A program made the position numbers and the translations under genes. The notes under the pieces are model-generated. The model did not search any database, was not told the origin of the DNA, and saw only the letters and a list, made by a program, of their open reading frames with translations. Below, one piece after another: positions 10,237-20,892 of a DNA stretch of 64,000 nucleotides. The stretch spans positions 11,800 through 75,799 of the forward strand of contig CAIOTC010000018.1 of the NCBI GenBank assembly GCA_903861205.1, written 5' to 3'. Origin of the DNA: an uncultured bacterium. Its GTDB lineage: Bacteria > Patescibacteriota > Minisyncoccia > Phycocordibacterales > DATDWN01. How positions within the stretch are numbered: the stretch's first letter is position 1; the number at the start of each line of letters is the position of its first letter.

Positions 10237-11260
10237 GTTCTCCCGGTGGTTTTTTAAGTGCACATCTAACAATAAATTTAAGGATAAAAATATAATCCGA
10301 TTTGTTTGGAGATTTTCCAAATGAGGAACTTTTATATTTTTTCCACGCAATAAATCCTTGTCCGGATAAGTTGTAGCAAATAAGTAACCAGCGTCTTTCA
10401 AGTATCTTTAATAATGAACCATCATCAAAGAATTTTTTATCTTTGTTTTCATCAATTAATTTATTGAACCACTTGTTTATTTTTTTTAAAAAATATTCCT
10501 GACTAAATCCTTTCGGAATATTTGTTGATTTATGAATAATTATTTCTTGTTCGCTGGGATCTATACTCAGTCTTTTTAATGTTCTGATTATTGTTTTGTC
10601 TCCACTTTTTCTTTGCATTTCGGAATAAACATGACTAATACCAGTACCATGAACTCTGTATTTGAGTAAAAACTTATTTAAATTTGCCATGGGGAAAAAA
10701 GTAGAAGCCCTTTCCCACAGTTCTTTATCCTCGGCATGTATAAAATTTTCATCAAAATATAATTTATTACTTATAATAGATGATTTTCGCATTATAACCG
10801 TAGGATGGATGAACGCTGATTCAAAGAGTAAGTTGGCTTTTATATCTTCCGGATTTGTGTATTTTTTTACAACATTTCCAGAGCGTTCTCCTATTGTTTT
10901 TGCCCAACCTCCAGATATTCCGATATTTTGATTTTTTTCCATAAAATCATATTGCATTTCAAGTCTATTCGGCAAACTGACATCATCTTGATCCATGCGA
11001 GCAATATATTTTCCACCAGATTCATTTATGCCGATGTTCAAAGTACGAATCAATCCTAAATTTGTAGCATTTTTTAGATATCTGATTCTTGGATCATTCA
11101 TATTTTTAATAACATCTTCACTGTTGTCCGTTGAACCGTCATTGATTATCAGTAATTCAAAATCAGTGAAAGTTTGTTTTAATATGCTTTCAATTGCTTC
11201 GGCTATGTATTTTCCACCATTGTAAACGGGCATTAATACCGTTATTTTTACATTACTCAT
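10226..11260 (-). CDS. GT2 glycosyltransferase
   Basis: TVLMPVYN, NDGSTD, ARMDQDD, HPTV. Confidence 0.9.
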   Translation of the reverse strand: MSNVKITVLMPVYNGGKYIAEAIESILKQTFTDFELLIINDGSTDNSEDVIKNMNDPRIRYLKNATNLGLIRTLNIGINESGGKYIARMDQDDVSLPNRLEMQYDFMEKNQNIGISGGWAKTIGERSGNVVKKYTNPEDIKANLLFESAFIHPTVIMRKSSIISNKLYFDENFIHAEDKELWERASTFFPMANLNKFLLKYRVHGTGISHVYSEMQRKSGDKTIIRTLKRLSIDPSEQEIIIHKSTNIPKGFSQEYFLKKINKWFNKLIDENKDKKFFDDGSLLKILERRWLLICYNLSGQGFIAWKKYKSSSFGKSPNKSDYIFILKFIVRCALKKPPGEPIF

Positions 11261-11270
11261 ATTATCTATT

Positions 11271-12185
11271 TTAGATTTTCCAAATTTTTTTTAATTCTTT
11301 TATACCATCTTCCAATTTTATCTTAGGTTGCCAACCAAGAAGTTTTTTTGCTTTTGATATGTCGGCCAATGTATCTGTCGGTCCAAACTTTGACGGCAAA
11401 TGTTTAATTTTATTGCCGCCTATTAATTTGGCTATTTCATTTATCGAATAATTTTTTCCTGTTCCGATATTAATCGCCTCGCCCTTTCCCACTTTTTTAC
11501 TTTTAGCCGCTAAGATATTTGCTCGTACCACGTCTCTGACATTGATAAAATCTCGTGTTCTTTTGCCATTACCCAAAATGTGGAAAACCTTATCGTCCAT
11601 TTTGTTTTTTAAAAATCGGTCAATGACTAAGGTGCGAGGGTAATCCAAATCTGGTCTTGGTCCATAAACACTAAAGTAACGTAGTGAGACTGTTGATAAT
11701 TTATACAATTCACTCCATATTTTGCAATATAACTCGCCTGTGTATTTTTGGATTCCATATGGAGCGGATGGATTTGGAAGCATATCTTCTCTGTGCGGTA
11801 ATTTGCTTTGATTCCCATATATGGCGCTTGAACTGGAATATACTAATCTCTCGACCCCTGCTTCTTGACAGGCCAAAAGAACATTAAGTGTGCCGTTAAT
11901 GTTAACTCTATTTGATAGTGTTGGTTGTTTGACTGAATATTGTTCACCCACTACAGAGGCTAAATGAAATACAAACCTGGCTCCTTTTATAATCGGTCTA
12001 ATTGATTTTAGATTGCATATATTCGCATTATGAAAAACTGCTTTATTATGGAGTGCCTTTTTATTTTTTGATTTACCAATAATGTGAACGGTAAAACCTT
12101 CTTTTACCAAAGCGTCTACCAAATAACTTCCAATAAATCCACATCCTCCAGTGACAACCACCTTACCTTTTTTATTGTTTTTCAT
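11271..12185 (-). CDS. NAD-dependent nucleotide-sugar epimerase/dehydratase (4-epimerase-like)
   Basis: TGGCGFIG, SSSAIYG, YGIQK; ATGA overlap with the upstream stop. Confidence 0.85.
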   Translation of the reverse strand: MKNNKKGKVVVTGGCGFIGSYLVDALVKEGFTVHIIGKSKNKKALHNKAVFHNANICNLKSIRPIIKGARFVFHLASVVGEQYSVKQPTLSNRVNINGTLNVLLACQEAGVERLVYSSSSAIYGNQSKLPHREDMLPNPSAPYGIQKYTGELYCKIWSELYKLSTVSLRYFSVYGPRPDLDYPRTLVIDRFLKNKMDDKVFHILGNGKRTRDFINVRDVVRANILAAKSKKVGKGEAINIGTGKNYSINEIAKLIGGNKIKHLPSKFGPTDTLADISKAKKLLGWQPKIKLEDGIKELKKIWKI

Positions 12186-13858
12186 ATTTTTATCCATGTT
12201 TCCGGAATAAGATCCCTCGTATTCATTTCTTCAGCATTAAACCATTTTTTCGGTGAAATAACAATTTTATTGGGATTATTATTCAGCCAAGCTGCCCACC
12301 AGCTAAATGTGCTGTTGGCTATTATGTTGTGCTTACATCCGCTCATTATTACCAGTTCCTGAAAATCTGCTAACCCAAAATGAGAGTCTATGTATGTCGT
12401 ATCTTTTGGAAAGGGAAGTGTTTTTGACCATTCCAAATCATCTGAAAAAACAAAAAATCTAGGATTTGATATTTTTTCTTTCATTAAAGAAGCGGCTTTT
12501 TGGTAGTATTCTTTGTCACATACACCAAATATCTTTTGATTTTTAGACACAAGGTAATCACCTCGACGAATGTGAATTGAGACAGAATTACTGGTGCTGA
12601 TATCTTTTACTAACACATCCGAACTTTTTGGTAAAGGCTCTTTTAAAGTGAATTCTTTTCTTATTATATGTTCAATATCTTCAAAATATTTATAGCTTTG
12701 ATAACACCCGTCTCCGTCAAGATAAGTATTTTTGGGCAGGTTTAAGATTTCCGGACAAAAACGATATTCCGGTTCTCTCCAAACATGTTTGTTTAATTTA
12801 TATTTATTTTCAAATCCAAAAACTTTGCCCATAATTTTATTAAAAATATTTTCCGGTTTCAAATGCCTTATTTCATCTGGACTAGCGATTTCTCCGGAAA
12901 TATTAAAATTATTCAGAAGATATTTTCGCCGTGAACTTTTTTCATACCAAGTCGTGTCGCATTTAAGAGGAACTCCTAACTTTTTTGATAAAGCGCGACC
13001 GACGGCATATTGAAAAAACTGATTACCGAGACCGCCTGTCAAATTCGTTATTATCATCCGGATTTGAATTCCATCACTATTTTTAAAAAGATATTTATAT
13101 TTTTCTTTATTATTCAAAATATATTTTGGCAAATTCGATTCGTCAATCGTGTAAGTGAATTTTCTACCCAAGAAATCTTTTCTTTTTTGTATATTAGATT
13201 TCAAATTATTTTTTACTTTATCTGAAAAATAATCTTTTTCACTATAAGAGTCTTGCAGTTTCCTTTTAACTTCTTCATACCCGCCCATTGATGTGAAATG
13301 CCAGCCGCCCACGTATTCTGTCTTTGCGGAATCTCTTCTAAGTACGTTTAGGCAATTTTGTCTGACCAAGTAATAAGGACATTTAATGAGCCCCCAGAAT
13401 TTTTCACTGGATTTGTTGTTCAAGTAATATGAATATACCTCTAACTTTATTTTTATCGGATTCTCCAAATCTTTTAGAGCGTTTTCATTCCATATTTCAT
13501 CCACATCTCCGATAAAACAAATATCATCATCTTTCAAATTGGTAAGAGCTTTTTTTATAGATTCTTTTTGCAAAAATTCATGTTGCCAATGGTATTCACC
13601 AACAGTACCGGGTGAATTTTTGGCCAGGTCGATCTCTTCTTTGGTATAATTTTCATCAATCACAAAATATTTAATCTTATTATGCCACTTCTTATACCTT
13701 TCTTTTTGCAGTTCATAATATAACGGCTTTGGTGAGCCGCTAAATGTGGTTGGAGCTTCTACAATAATAAACTCATCAACAAAATCGTTTAAAATATTAA
13801 GTCTTATTTCTAACACATCGTATTCTCCATTAAATGTAAAAATATCGTAAATTTTCAT
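12182..13858 (-). CDS. Fusion: GT17 (GnT-III-like) plus GT11 (alpha-1,2-fucosyltransferase-like)
   Basis: N-half LEIRL, GDVDEI, GGWHFT; C-half GGLGNQFFQYA, HIRRGDY, FSDD, NSTFSWWAAWL. Confidence 0.85.
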   Translation of the reverse strand: MKIYDIFTFNGEYDVLEIRLNILNDFVDEFIIVEAPTTFSGSPKPLYYELQKERYKKWHNKIKYFVIDENYTKEEIDLAKNSPGTVGEYHWQHEFLQKESIKKALTNLKDDDICFIGDVDEIWNENALKDLENPIKIKLEVYSYYLNNKSSEKFWGLIKCPYYLVRQNCLNVLRRDSAKTEYVGGWHFTSMGGYEEVKRKLQDSYSEKDYFSDKVKNNLKSNIQKRKDFLGRKFTYTIDESNLPKYILNNKEKYKYLFKNSDGIQIRMIITNLTGGLGNQFFQYAVGRALSKKLGVPLKCDTTWYEKSSRRKYLLNNFNISGEIASPDEIRHLKPENIFNKIMGKVFGFENKYKLNKHVWREPEYRFCPEILNLPKNTYLDGDGCYQSYKYFEDIEHIIRKEFTLKEPLPKSSDVLVKDISTSNSVSIHIRRGDYLVSKNQKIFGVCDKEYYQKAASLMKEKISNPRFFVFSDDLEWSKTLPFPKDTTYIDSHFGLADFQELVIMSGCKHNIIANSTFSWWAAWLNNNPNKIVISPKKWFNAEEMNTRDLIPETWIKI

Positions 13859-14613
13859 ATGTTTTTTACTTTATTTCTAATTTTCCAGAAAATTTTTCCT
13901 CCAAATGACAATGCTTTATTGGTCCATAAAATATATGATGGGGAAATCTTTTCATAAAATTTTTCCGCAAACTTATATTTTTTGATAAAAACTATACTCC
14001 TATATAAATGTATTGAATCTATGCTTTTTTCCCACCAATTTAATTCCCCCAATTCTTTTCTCTGATAAAAATTATCTTCTTTTATATTTGAAATATCTGC
14101 TATTCCGCACTTACCTCCGGAGTTAACACAGTCCAAGAGTTCCTTTAATCGATTCATGAATAAAGTATTATCACGTCTAAAATCCGGTCGATAGCAACAG
14201 TTCAAATCTTCAACGACATAAAAACCTCCATTTTTTAAAAATGGGAAGAAAAAGTCAAATGATGTTTTCATGTGGTCGTTGAAATGTGAGCCGTCGTCAA
14301 TTATGATGTCAAATGGTCCATATTTGTCATTAACGGTTTTAAGAAAGACTAAATCATCTTGACTGCCTTTTAAAGTTTTTATTCTGTCTTCATCCATTTT
14401 ACTACAATCTTTTATATCAATACCATAAATTTCAGAGTTTGCAAAATATTCTTTCCAAGTTTTTAACGAGTAGCCGTTTTGTATGCCAATTTCTAAAATT
14501 TTTAGGTTATTGTTTTTAATACTGGAAAAATATACTTCATATTTTCCCGTGTAATTATGAACTTTACTTGATTTGTCCGTTTTATATTTTAATGCTATTT
14601 CGTCCAGTGTCAT
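13855..14613 (-). CDS. Sugar O-methyltransferase (MycE/TylE-like)
   Basis: TDK..HNY, LEIGI..G.SL..W, IIDDGSH, YVVED. Confidence 0.75.
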   Translation of the reverse strand: MTLDEIALKYKTDKSSKVHNYTGKYEVYFSSIKNNNLKILEIGIQNGYSLKTWKEYFANSEIYGIDIKDCSKMDEDRIKTLKGSQDDLVFLKTVNDKYGPFDIIIDDGSHFNDHMKTSFDFFFPFLKNGGFYVVEDLNCCYRPDFRRDNTLFMNRLKELLDCVNSGGKCGIADISNIKEDNFYQRKELGELNWWEKSIDSIHLYRSIVFIKKYKFAEKFYEKISPSYILWTNKALSFGGKIFWKIRNKVKNI

Positions 14614-14637
14614 ACTTTTTTATTAATAAAAGCGGTA

Positions 14638-16440
14638 TTAAACCTTTAATAAAACAAGTTTTTTTACTATCTTTTTAAATAATGGAAATGAAGAAGCTAT
14701 TTTATTATAGATTAAAAATGCTTTTGTTTTTATGTTGATGATTACGTGTTTCTTTAATAAATACATGATTTGTTGCAGATTTAGTGTAATATGGTTAAAT
14801 CTAAAATCAGTAACAAATGTATTTTCGTTGTGAAGTTCGTAATTATTTTTTTCAAACCAACATTTTTCGGCTGAAAATATTTTTCCATCTTTATCCAAAT
14901 ATGTGAAGTCGTCCGTTATAATATCTGAAGTGGACCAATATCCATCGGATACATTATGACGTGCCCAGTATTTTGGAGCTATGACAATTTTTGTATTTGT
15001 GTTTAAATAAGCTGCCCACCAGGAGAAACTGGAATTTGGTATGATCAAATATTTAGCATTTAATAGAAGTGAAAAGTCCGTACCAATTGCGCCACCAAAA
15101 TGATGAGAAGCCATGTTCTTATCTTTTGTGTTCAAGGATGATCCTACTATTTCTACATCACTAAGAAATTTTCTTGCAATCTCCGGTTGGTCGGTCACGC
15201 AACAAAATTTTATGTTGGGATTAACGCCCCTCACAACATTCATTGCGTTTTTATAATATGAAATTGGCAGAAAAACATCTTTTTGATTGTAGAAGTCACC
15301 GCATCTTAAGTGTATTAGACAAGTATTATCATCTGTTTTTATTTTTTTAAAATCGTTTTTTATCTTAAACCAACTTATTATTTTTTCTCGGTTATTTGCA
15401 AGATATTTCGTGGATTGAAAATTACCGTCAATTTTGGTTTGTGTCGGAATGTTAAATAATTCTGAATCGGTTCTGGATATGTCAATATTGTAGCCTTTGT
15501 AAACTTCTCTTTTTTCGCGGTAATAATTTTGTATTCCATCAGGCAGTTGGAGTGGAGGTCCTCCTTCCGGAGATAATCCATTTCTCAGTTTTACGCCAAA
15601 ATCAAGTCCCATGAATTTTTTGCCCTTAAACTTCTCTTTTCCCATAACTGAAAAACTGCATTTTTTATGTTCAGCTATAAGTCTGGTTGCTGCGTATGCC
15701 CACAATTGATTGCCTAATCCTTGACCGTCATATATTTCAGTGGCAATTATTTGCTTTAACATGTAGTTTTCTGCAGTGTCGTTAAATTCCGGTGAATCTT
15801 TGAATATTTTAATAATATCGCCGGGAATAACTTTTGGATCTACGTACCAATCTTCAAATATATCTTCTTTATTAATATTTGCTATATTTCCAACTACTAA
15901 TTCATAACCGTGTGAAAGTAATATCCGCCTTGATTCATCTCTATTTTTTTTGGATTCTTCACGACTTATGCTTGAGTCATAATAATCAGTCTCATATGTT
16001 ATGACAGAGAAACGGTATTTATCCAAAGGCAATTTTTTCAGACATTTCAGGGTGTTGCTTTGCGGCTCAATATCAAGTTGCAAATAATCTATTTGATTGC
16101 CAAAACCGTTCTGCTTGAAAACTTTTTCATAGTCTATTTCTAAAGCGTTTTGAAGAATAAAATTATTTTTTCTTCCGGCTTTTTCAAATGATTTTTTTGA
16201 ATTGGGGTCTATATCAACAGACAGACCTCTCCAACCAAATTGTTTTTCCAACAAATATGTATTGTTTATGAAAATCGCTTCAAAAGCGCCTATCTCCACA
16301 TAAGTTCCATTACGTTTTCCGTTTAACATTGAAAGCACAAACATATCCTGGTAAGCCTGAGAAAAATTTCTTCTGATAGATTCTGATGAATTGAATTTGA
16401 ATCTAAGTCTTTCAAATTTACTTTTATCGTATAATCTCAT
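14638..16440 (-). CDS. Fusion: FkbM-like methyltransferase plus GT11
   Basis: SQAYQD, YVEIGA, IDYLQLDIE; then GQGLGNQ, HLRCGDF, NSSFSWWAAYL. Confidence 0.8.
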   Translation of the reverse strand: MRLYDKSKFERLRFKFNSSESIRRNFSQAYQDMFVLSMLNGKRNGTYVEIGAFEAIFINNTYLLEKQFGWRGLSVDIDPNSKKSFEKAGRKNNFILQNALEIDYEKVFKQNGFGNQIDYLQLDIEPQSNTLKCLKKLPLDKYRFSVITYETDYYDSSISREESKKNRDESRRILLSHGYELVVGNIANINKEDIFEDWYVDPKVIPGDIIKIFKDSPEFNDTAENYMLKQIIATEIYDGQGLGNQLWAYAATRLIAEHKKCSFSVMGKEKFKGKKFMGLDFGVKLRNGLSPEGGPPLQLPDGIQNYYREKREVYKGYNIDISRTDSELFNIPTQTKIDGNFQSTKYLANNREKIISWFKIKNDFKKIKTDDNTCLIHLRCGDFYNQKDVFLPISYYKNAMNVVRGVNPNIKFCCVTDQPEIARKFLSDVEIVGSSLNTKDKNMASHHFGGAIGTDFSLLLNAKYLIIPNSSFSWWAAYLNTNTKIVIAPKYWARHNVSDGYWSTSDIITDDFTYLDKDGKIFSAEKCWFEKNNYELHNENTFVTDFRFNHITLNLQQIMYLLKKHVIINIKTKAFLIYNKIASSFPLFKKIVKKLVLLKV

Positions 16441-16441
16441 A

Positions 16442-17848
16442 TTATAAATTTTTATTTTTTAATAACACATCTGTCTTGTAGTCTTTAATGACCTCCCAAT
16501 TATTTCCCAAGATTTCCAGTATTTTATTGAGAGTTGGTTCTCCTTCATAATATTCGGTATTGCTGTATTCCGTATAAATGTATTTTATTTTACCTGTCAA
16601 ACTTGTCTCTGCTCCCTTTAATATCAAATCCTCTGCTCCTTGGACATCTGCCCAAATAAAATCAACAATATCAATTTTATTATCTCTAATAAAAGTGTCT
16701 ATTGTTGTGGTTTTTACTTCCAATATTTTATCAAAATTTAAAAATGGCCATGTGGCGTATAAATTTTTTAGATTTGGTTTTTTTAAAGATGAAGAATATA
16801 CGGTTTCCGACTGATGAAATTGCATTTTTCCATCTTTATCTCCGACGGCCATTTCAACGAGCTCGACTCGTTTATCGCGTACTTTTTCTTTGAAAGAGGC
16901 AATATTTCTTGGATCCGGTTCAAAACAATACATCTTAAAATCCGAATTATCAAAAACCTTTATAAATTCCAATGTGTCCAACCCATCAGCGGCCCCTATT
17001 TCAAATATTACAGGCCTATCATTTGAAATTAGTTTTTCTATTTGCATTTTATCCAATGGAATGATTCCATTTTTATCTTGGAAATAATTTATATGCAATG
17101 TGTTTATAATTGACTTAATGAATTTTTTTATCTTACAAATAAATTTTTTTTGCAAACACAAAATTTTCCTAAAGGCTATTCTTAATAAACGATTAACCAT
17201 AATTATTTTTGGAACATTTTTTTTGTATTTATGAAAACCAAAGGGTTCTGACTCCGAATCATCACAATCCATTTCACGACTGAATTTTGAGGCCACAGAA
17301 ACAGGAGCGAGCCGCACACCATATTCCCCCAATTCTTTTTTATAATAATTGGTAATAACCCCATCTTCATTATAATAGCCACTACCATTATCGGTAAAAG
17401 GCAATTTTAACTCATTTAGAGCTTTTAATAACTTCTTACTTCTTAAAGAGAATCCTCCATTTCCAACTCTAATATTAATACCATTTTTATCAAAATGAAG
17501 ATTTTTAGGCCAAGGAGCTCCAACATAGTCATATTTCAAAAATTCATCGCTCCATTTTTCGGGTCTCAAAACATATCCGTCATATTGGACAACCAAGGCA
17601 AATTCAGTGTTTATATATTTAAATAAATCATAAAGCATAAATTTGCTATACTCATTTATATTTTTTATCTGGATGCATGGTTTAAACTTTATTTTATTCG
17701 GAAGACATTCGGGTTTTTGATGTGTAATCAAAATAACCTCATAATAGTTAATTCCATTCATTGATTGTTCCAAAGAGGCGATTGTCTCGTCTATATTTAT
17801 GGAAGAGATGGCAACCAATGTTACATTTTTTAATTCTAAATTAGCCAT
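16442..17848 (-). CDS. Fusion: DUF5672 putative glycosyltransferase plus FkbM methyltransferase
   Basis: VQYDG, YDYVGAPW, VGNGGFSLRS, PFGFH; then FEIGAADG, FEPDP, DVQGAE. Confidence 0.8.
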   Translation of the reverse strand: MANLELKNVTLVAISSINIDETIASLEQSMNGINYYEVILITHQKPECLPNKIKFKPCIQIKNINEYSKFMLYDLFKYINTEFALVVQYDGYVLRPEKWSDEFLKYDYVGAPWPKNLHFDKNGINIRVGNGGFSLRSKKLLKALNELKLPFTDNGSGYYNEDGVITNYYKKELGEYGVRLAPVSVASKFSREMDCDDSESEPFGFHKYKKNVPKIIMVNRLLRIAFRKILCLQKKFICKIKKFIKSIINTLHINYFQDKNGIIPLDKMQIEKLISNDRPVIFEIGAADGLDTLEFIKVFDNSDFKMYCFEPDPRNIASFKEKVRDKRVELVEMAVGDKDGKMQFHQSETVYSSSLKKPNLKNLYATWPFLNFDKILEVKTTTIDTFIRDNKIDIVDFIWADVQGAEDLILKGAETSLTGKIKYIYTEYSNTEYYEGEPTLNKILEILGNNWEVIKDYKTDVLLKNKNL

Positions 17849-17868
17849 TATTTTTATTCTCGACAGGA

Positions 17869-18636
17869 TTATTGAAATTTTAGCATCAGCAGTATTTTTT
17901 TAAAATACCCCCTCATTTTTTTAGTGAATTGATAATGTCTTTCATACCAATGAGCGTATTTTTTGAAGACTTCAGAGGCCTCACGCATTTGTTTTCCATC
18001 TGCGTCGGTAGAGATGTTGTTGTCAAAAATATGTGTGGTGGCCGGCACCGGAACATATAAGTATTTGTAGTTTTCTTTTGATATTTTTAAATAAAATTCA
18101 TAGTCCAAAGAATATTTATTTTCCTCATCGAATTTGTATTTAAGAAAAACGTGTTTTTTAAAGAACATATCTTGCATTCCCACCATCGTGCCGTATTTCA
18201 GTAGATTTTTACGATTGAATTCCATATTTGGACATTTTCTGAATGTTGTTTTATTTTCAGATGCTATAAAATTATAAGAATCAAAATATATAGCGTCAAA
18301 GTCTGTTTTATTTGCATAGTCGTTTATTGTTCCAAAAATATCCGGTGACAATATGTCATCCGATCCGAGATAACCGATAATATCTCCGGAAACTTTTTCC
18401 AAACCGATATTTAAAGCGCTGGAGATTCCTTTGTCGGGATATTTTAACCAAATAATATTTTTATTTTTTTCAACAAATGATTGAATAATTGCGTGCGACC
18501 TGTCGGTGGATTTTCCGTCCACAATAATTAATTCTTTGTTTGGGTACTCTTGAGACAAGAAGTTATTTATTGATCTGCCGATATATTTTTCGCCGTTGTA
18601 ACTCGGCATAATTATGGAGATTTTGTAATTATGCAT
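17869..18636 (-). CDS. GT2 glycosyltransferase (WcaE/WfgS-like)
   Basis: ISIIMPSYN, DGKSTD, DKGISSALN, LGSDD. Confidence 0.85.
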   Translation of the reverse strand: MHNYKISIIMPSYNGEKYIGRSINNFLSQEYPNKELIIVDGKSTDRSHAIIQSFVEKNKNIIWLKYPDKGISSALNIGLEKVSGDIIGYLGSDDILSPDIFGTINDYANKTDFDAIYFDSYNFIASENKTTFRKCPNMEFNRKNLLKYGTMVGMQDMFFKKHVFLKYKFDEENKYSLDYEFYLKISKENYKYLYVPVPATTHIFDNNISTDADGKQMREASEVFKKYAHWYERHYQFTKKMRGYFKKILLMLKFQ

Positions 18637-18637
18637 A

Positions 18638-19711
18638 TTATATAAGTTGTTTTAATTTCAAGACTTCAATTACTCGTTCACAGAAACCAGCAGGCAACCA
18701 TTTTGCATATTTTTCGCTTTTCATATAGCGATCACCGGCAGATAAATATTTATTGTATTCAACTTCTGTCATTTGTGTTATAAACTTGGCTAAATCCGTA
18801 TCATTTTTAAATTTTTTTCGGTCAATAAACGCATCGGGGTCAACATATTTTTTTGCGCTTGGTGATCCCCAATATATCGGTACCACTCTGGCCGCCAATG
18901 AATCAAATATTTTATCTGAAACATATCCATTGCCATCGGAAATATTTTCGTAGCAAATATTAAATTTATATTGTGACAATGTGCCGATTTTGTCTTTGGC
19001 AAAACCGCGATATGTTCCATATTTCTTTACTAATCGAGGAAAAATTAAATCTAATCTGGTAATCGGTTGATTCCATCGCAAACCATACAAATCAAAGTCA
19101 TTGGGGTAGTGAGAATCAAAGTAGGCAATTGCCTCTCTTCTTGCCGAGTATAGCTCATTTTTGTAGTCTGAATATTTGTTGTGTGAGATATTGACTAAAA
19201 GTTTTTTACTGTTAAAAGGACGGGCTTCCGGCAATATTTCTGAGAGAGCTGCCGGAAGATAAAATTTGAAATATTTTTTATTATCTACCAAATCATTATC
19301 CCAAGTAATAATAGTTGAAAATTTATTATGGATGGATTTTGCATAATTGTAAGGTTTTACAGATTTACCCTCCCACATCAACAAAACCATTTTATCTTTC
19401 ATTCCAGCATCAATGCACTCCTTGTAAACATTTCTTTTTGCCGGTTTTTCTTTTTTTAATAAACTTTTTAAAAAAGAGACGATATTTGTTATTGGATATT
19501 CTAATTTTTCACCCAAACTGTTGCTATCAATGAAAAGTATCATGGCGCAATCTTTCAGATCATTTTGATGAACAGTTTTAAGGTTGTATCCGATTTCAGA
19601 TAATTTATGACTAAAAATTTCCCATAATCCACCATCATTATTAATCTCATCATCAGATATTGGTTTATTCCCAAATGCATGACTTTCGAGACTTATCAAC
19701 AGGTTTTTCAT
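18638..19711 (-). CDS. GT10 alpha-1,3/4-fucosyltransferase-like protein
   Basis: YKFNICYEN..GYVSDKIFD..VPIYWG is the GT10 motif. Confidence 0.85.
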   Translation of the reverse strand: MKNLLISLESHAFGNKPISDDEINNDGGLWEIFSHKLSEIGYNLKTVHQNDLKDCAMILFIDSNSLGEKLEYPITNIVSFLKSLLKKEKPAKRNVYKECIDAGMKDKMVLLMWEGKSVKPYNYAKSIHNKFSTIITWDNDLVDNKKYFKFYLPAALSEILPEARPFNSKKLLVNISHNKYSDYKNELYSARREAIAYFDSHYPNDFDLYGLRWNQPITRLDLIFPRLVKKYGTYRGFAKDKIGTLSQYKFNICYENISDGNGYVSDKIFDSLAARVVPIYWGSPSAKKYVDPDAFIDRKKFKNDTDLAKFITQMTEVEYNKYLSAGDRYMKSEKYAKWLPAGFCERVIEVLKLKQLI

Positions 19712-19714
19712 GTT

Positions 19715-20881
19715 TTATTTTGAGAAAGTTTTTATAAGAATAGCAATTTCTTTTTTTGTCAGATCCGGGTTGTTTCCAAAATAAAAACCAAGCTCGTGTA
19801 TTTTTTCAGCGTTTGGTAAAAAATATTTAGTGGCGATATATTTTTTGTAAAATGCGTGTTTGTTTATACTGCCCGCCACAATAGGTCGTATTTCAATTTC
19901 AGCCTTTTTTGCCAGCTCCATATACTTTTCTTTTATTGATTTTGATTTACAAATAAGAGGAAAGGCAAAATTGGAAACCACATTCAAACCATCAGTTTTC
20001 ATTTTTACAAAATCCTTATTCTGATATATTTTCTCAAATTTTTTATAATTTTCTTGACGCTTTTTAATCATTTCATCCAAGTATTTCAATTGATTCAAAC
20101 CAAGAAAACCGTTTATTTCAGTTGGGCGAAAGTTATACCCTATGTCGTAAAAAGTAAATTTTCCATAGAATTCGTCCACATTGTATTTCAGTCTCAATTT
20201 TTTTTGTTCGTTCTCTGATATGTGACGGTCCCATCCATGAGACCGCACTATCCTAAGCATTGTGTCTATTTCCAAATCATCAGTGCAGACCATGCCACCT
20301 TCTATGGTTGACATATGATGACCGGCATAAAAAGAAAAAGTTGAAGCAAAGCCGAAATTACCCAGTTTTTCTTTTTTGTATTCAGTGCCCAGTGATTCGC
20401 AGTTGTCTTCTATAAGCAGAATATTATTTTTTTTGCAGAATTTTCTAATTTTTCCTATATCGTCGCAATATCCCAAAAGATTTGTAATAAATAAACATTT
20501 AAATTTATGTTTCTTGTGGATTTCAATAATTTTTTTTGAAGAAATATTCAACGTGTCCATTTCTATGTCAATTGGCACCGGATTGAGTTTCAGGGTAATA
20601 AGGGGCATTACATTTGTTGCCCAGGTTACAGCTGAAAATCCAACACTATCTCCTTCTTTTATTTTATTTAAATTTATAAGCACTTGAATCAAAGCCAGGT
20701 TGGCGGAACTTCCACTGTTGAACATAACAGAGTATTTTCTTCCTTGCCAATGAGAAAATTTAGTCTCAAATTCAGAGCACATTTTATCCATGGATAATTG
20801 TTTGGCTTGTTTTATGAATTTGCATAAAGCCTCTTTGGTAGCTTCTTCTTTGTGGAAAGTCGATTTGATTAGTTTGATCAT
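19715..20881 (-). CDS. colD: DegT-family PLP enzyme, ColD-type GDP-4-keto-6-deoxymannose 3-dehydratase
   Basis: NSGSSANL, EDNCES, SFYAGHHMSTIEGG (His in place of the Schiff-base Lys), RSHGW. Confidence 0.7.
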   Translation of the reverse strand: MIKLIKSTFHKEEATKEALCKFIKQAKQLSMDKMCSEFETKFSHWQGRKYSVMFNSGSSANLALIQVLINLNKIKEGDSVGFSAVTWATNVMPLITLKLNPVPIDIEMDTLNISSKKIIEIHKKHKFKCLFITNLLGYCDDIGKIRKFCKKNNILLIEDNCESLGTEYKKEKLGNFGFASTFSFYAGHHMSTIEGGMVCTDDLEIDTMLRIVRSHGWDRHISENEQKKLRLKYNVDEFYGKFTFYDIGYNFRPTEINGFLGLNQLKYLDEMIKKRQENYKKFEKIYQNKDFVKMKTDGLNVVSNFAFPLICKSKSIKEKYMELAKKAEIEIRPIVAGSINKHAFYKKYIATKYFLPNAEKIHELGFYFGNNPDLTKKEIAILIKTFSK

Positions 20882-20892
20882 TTTTTTGAATT

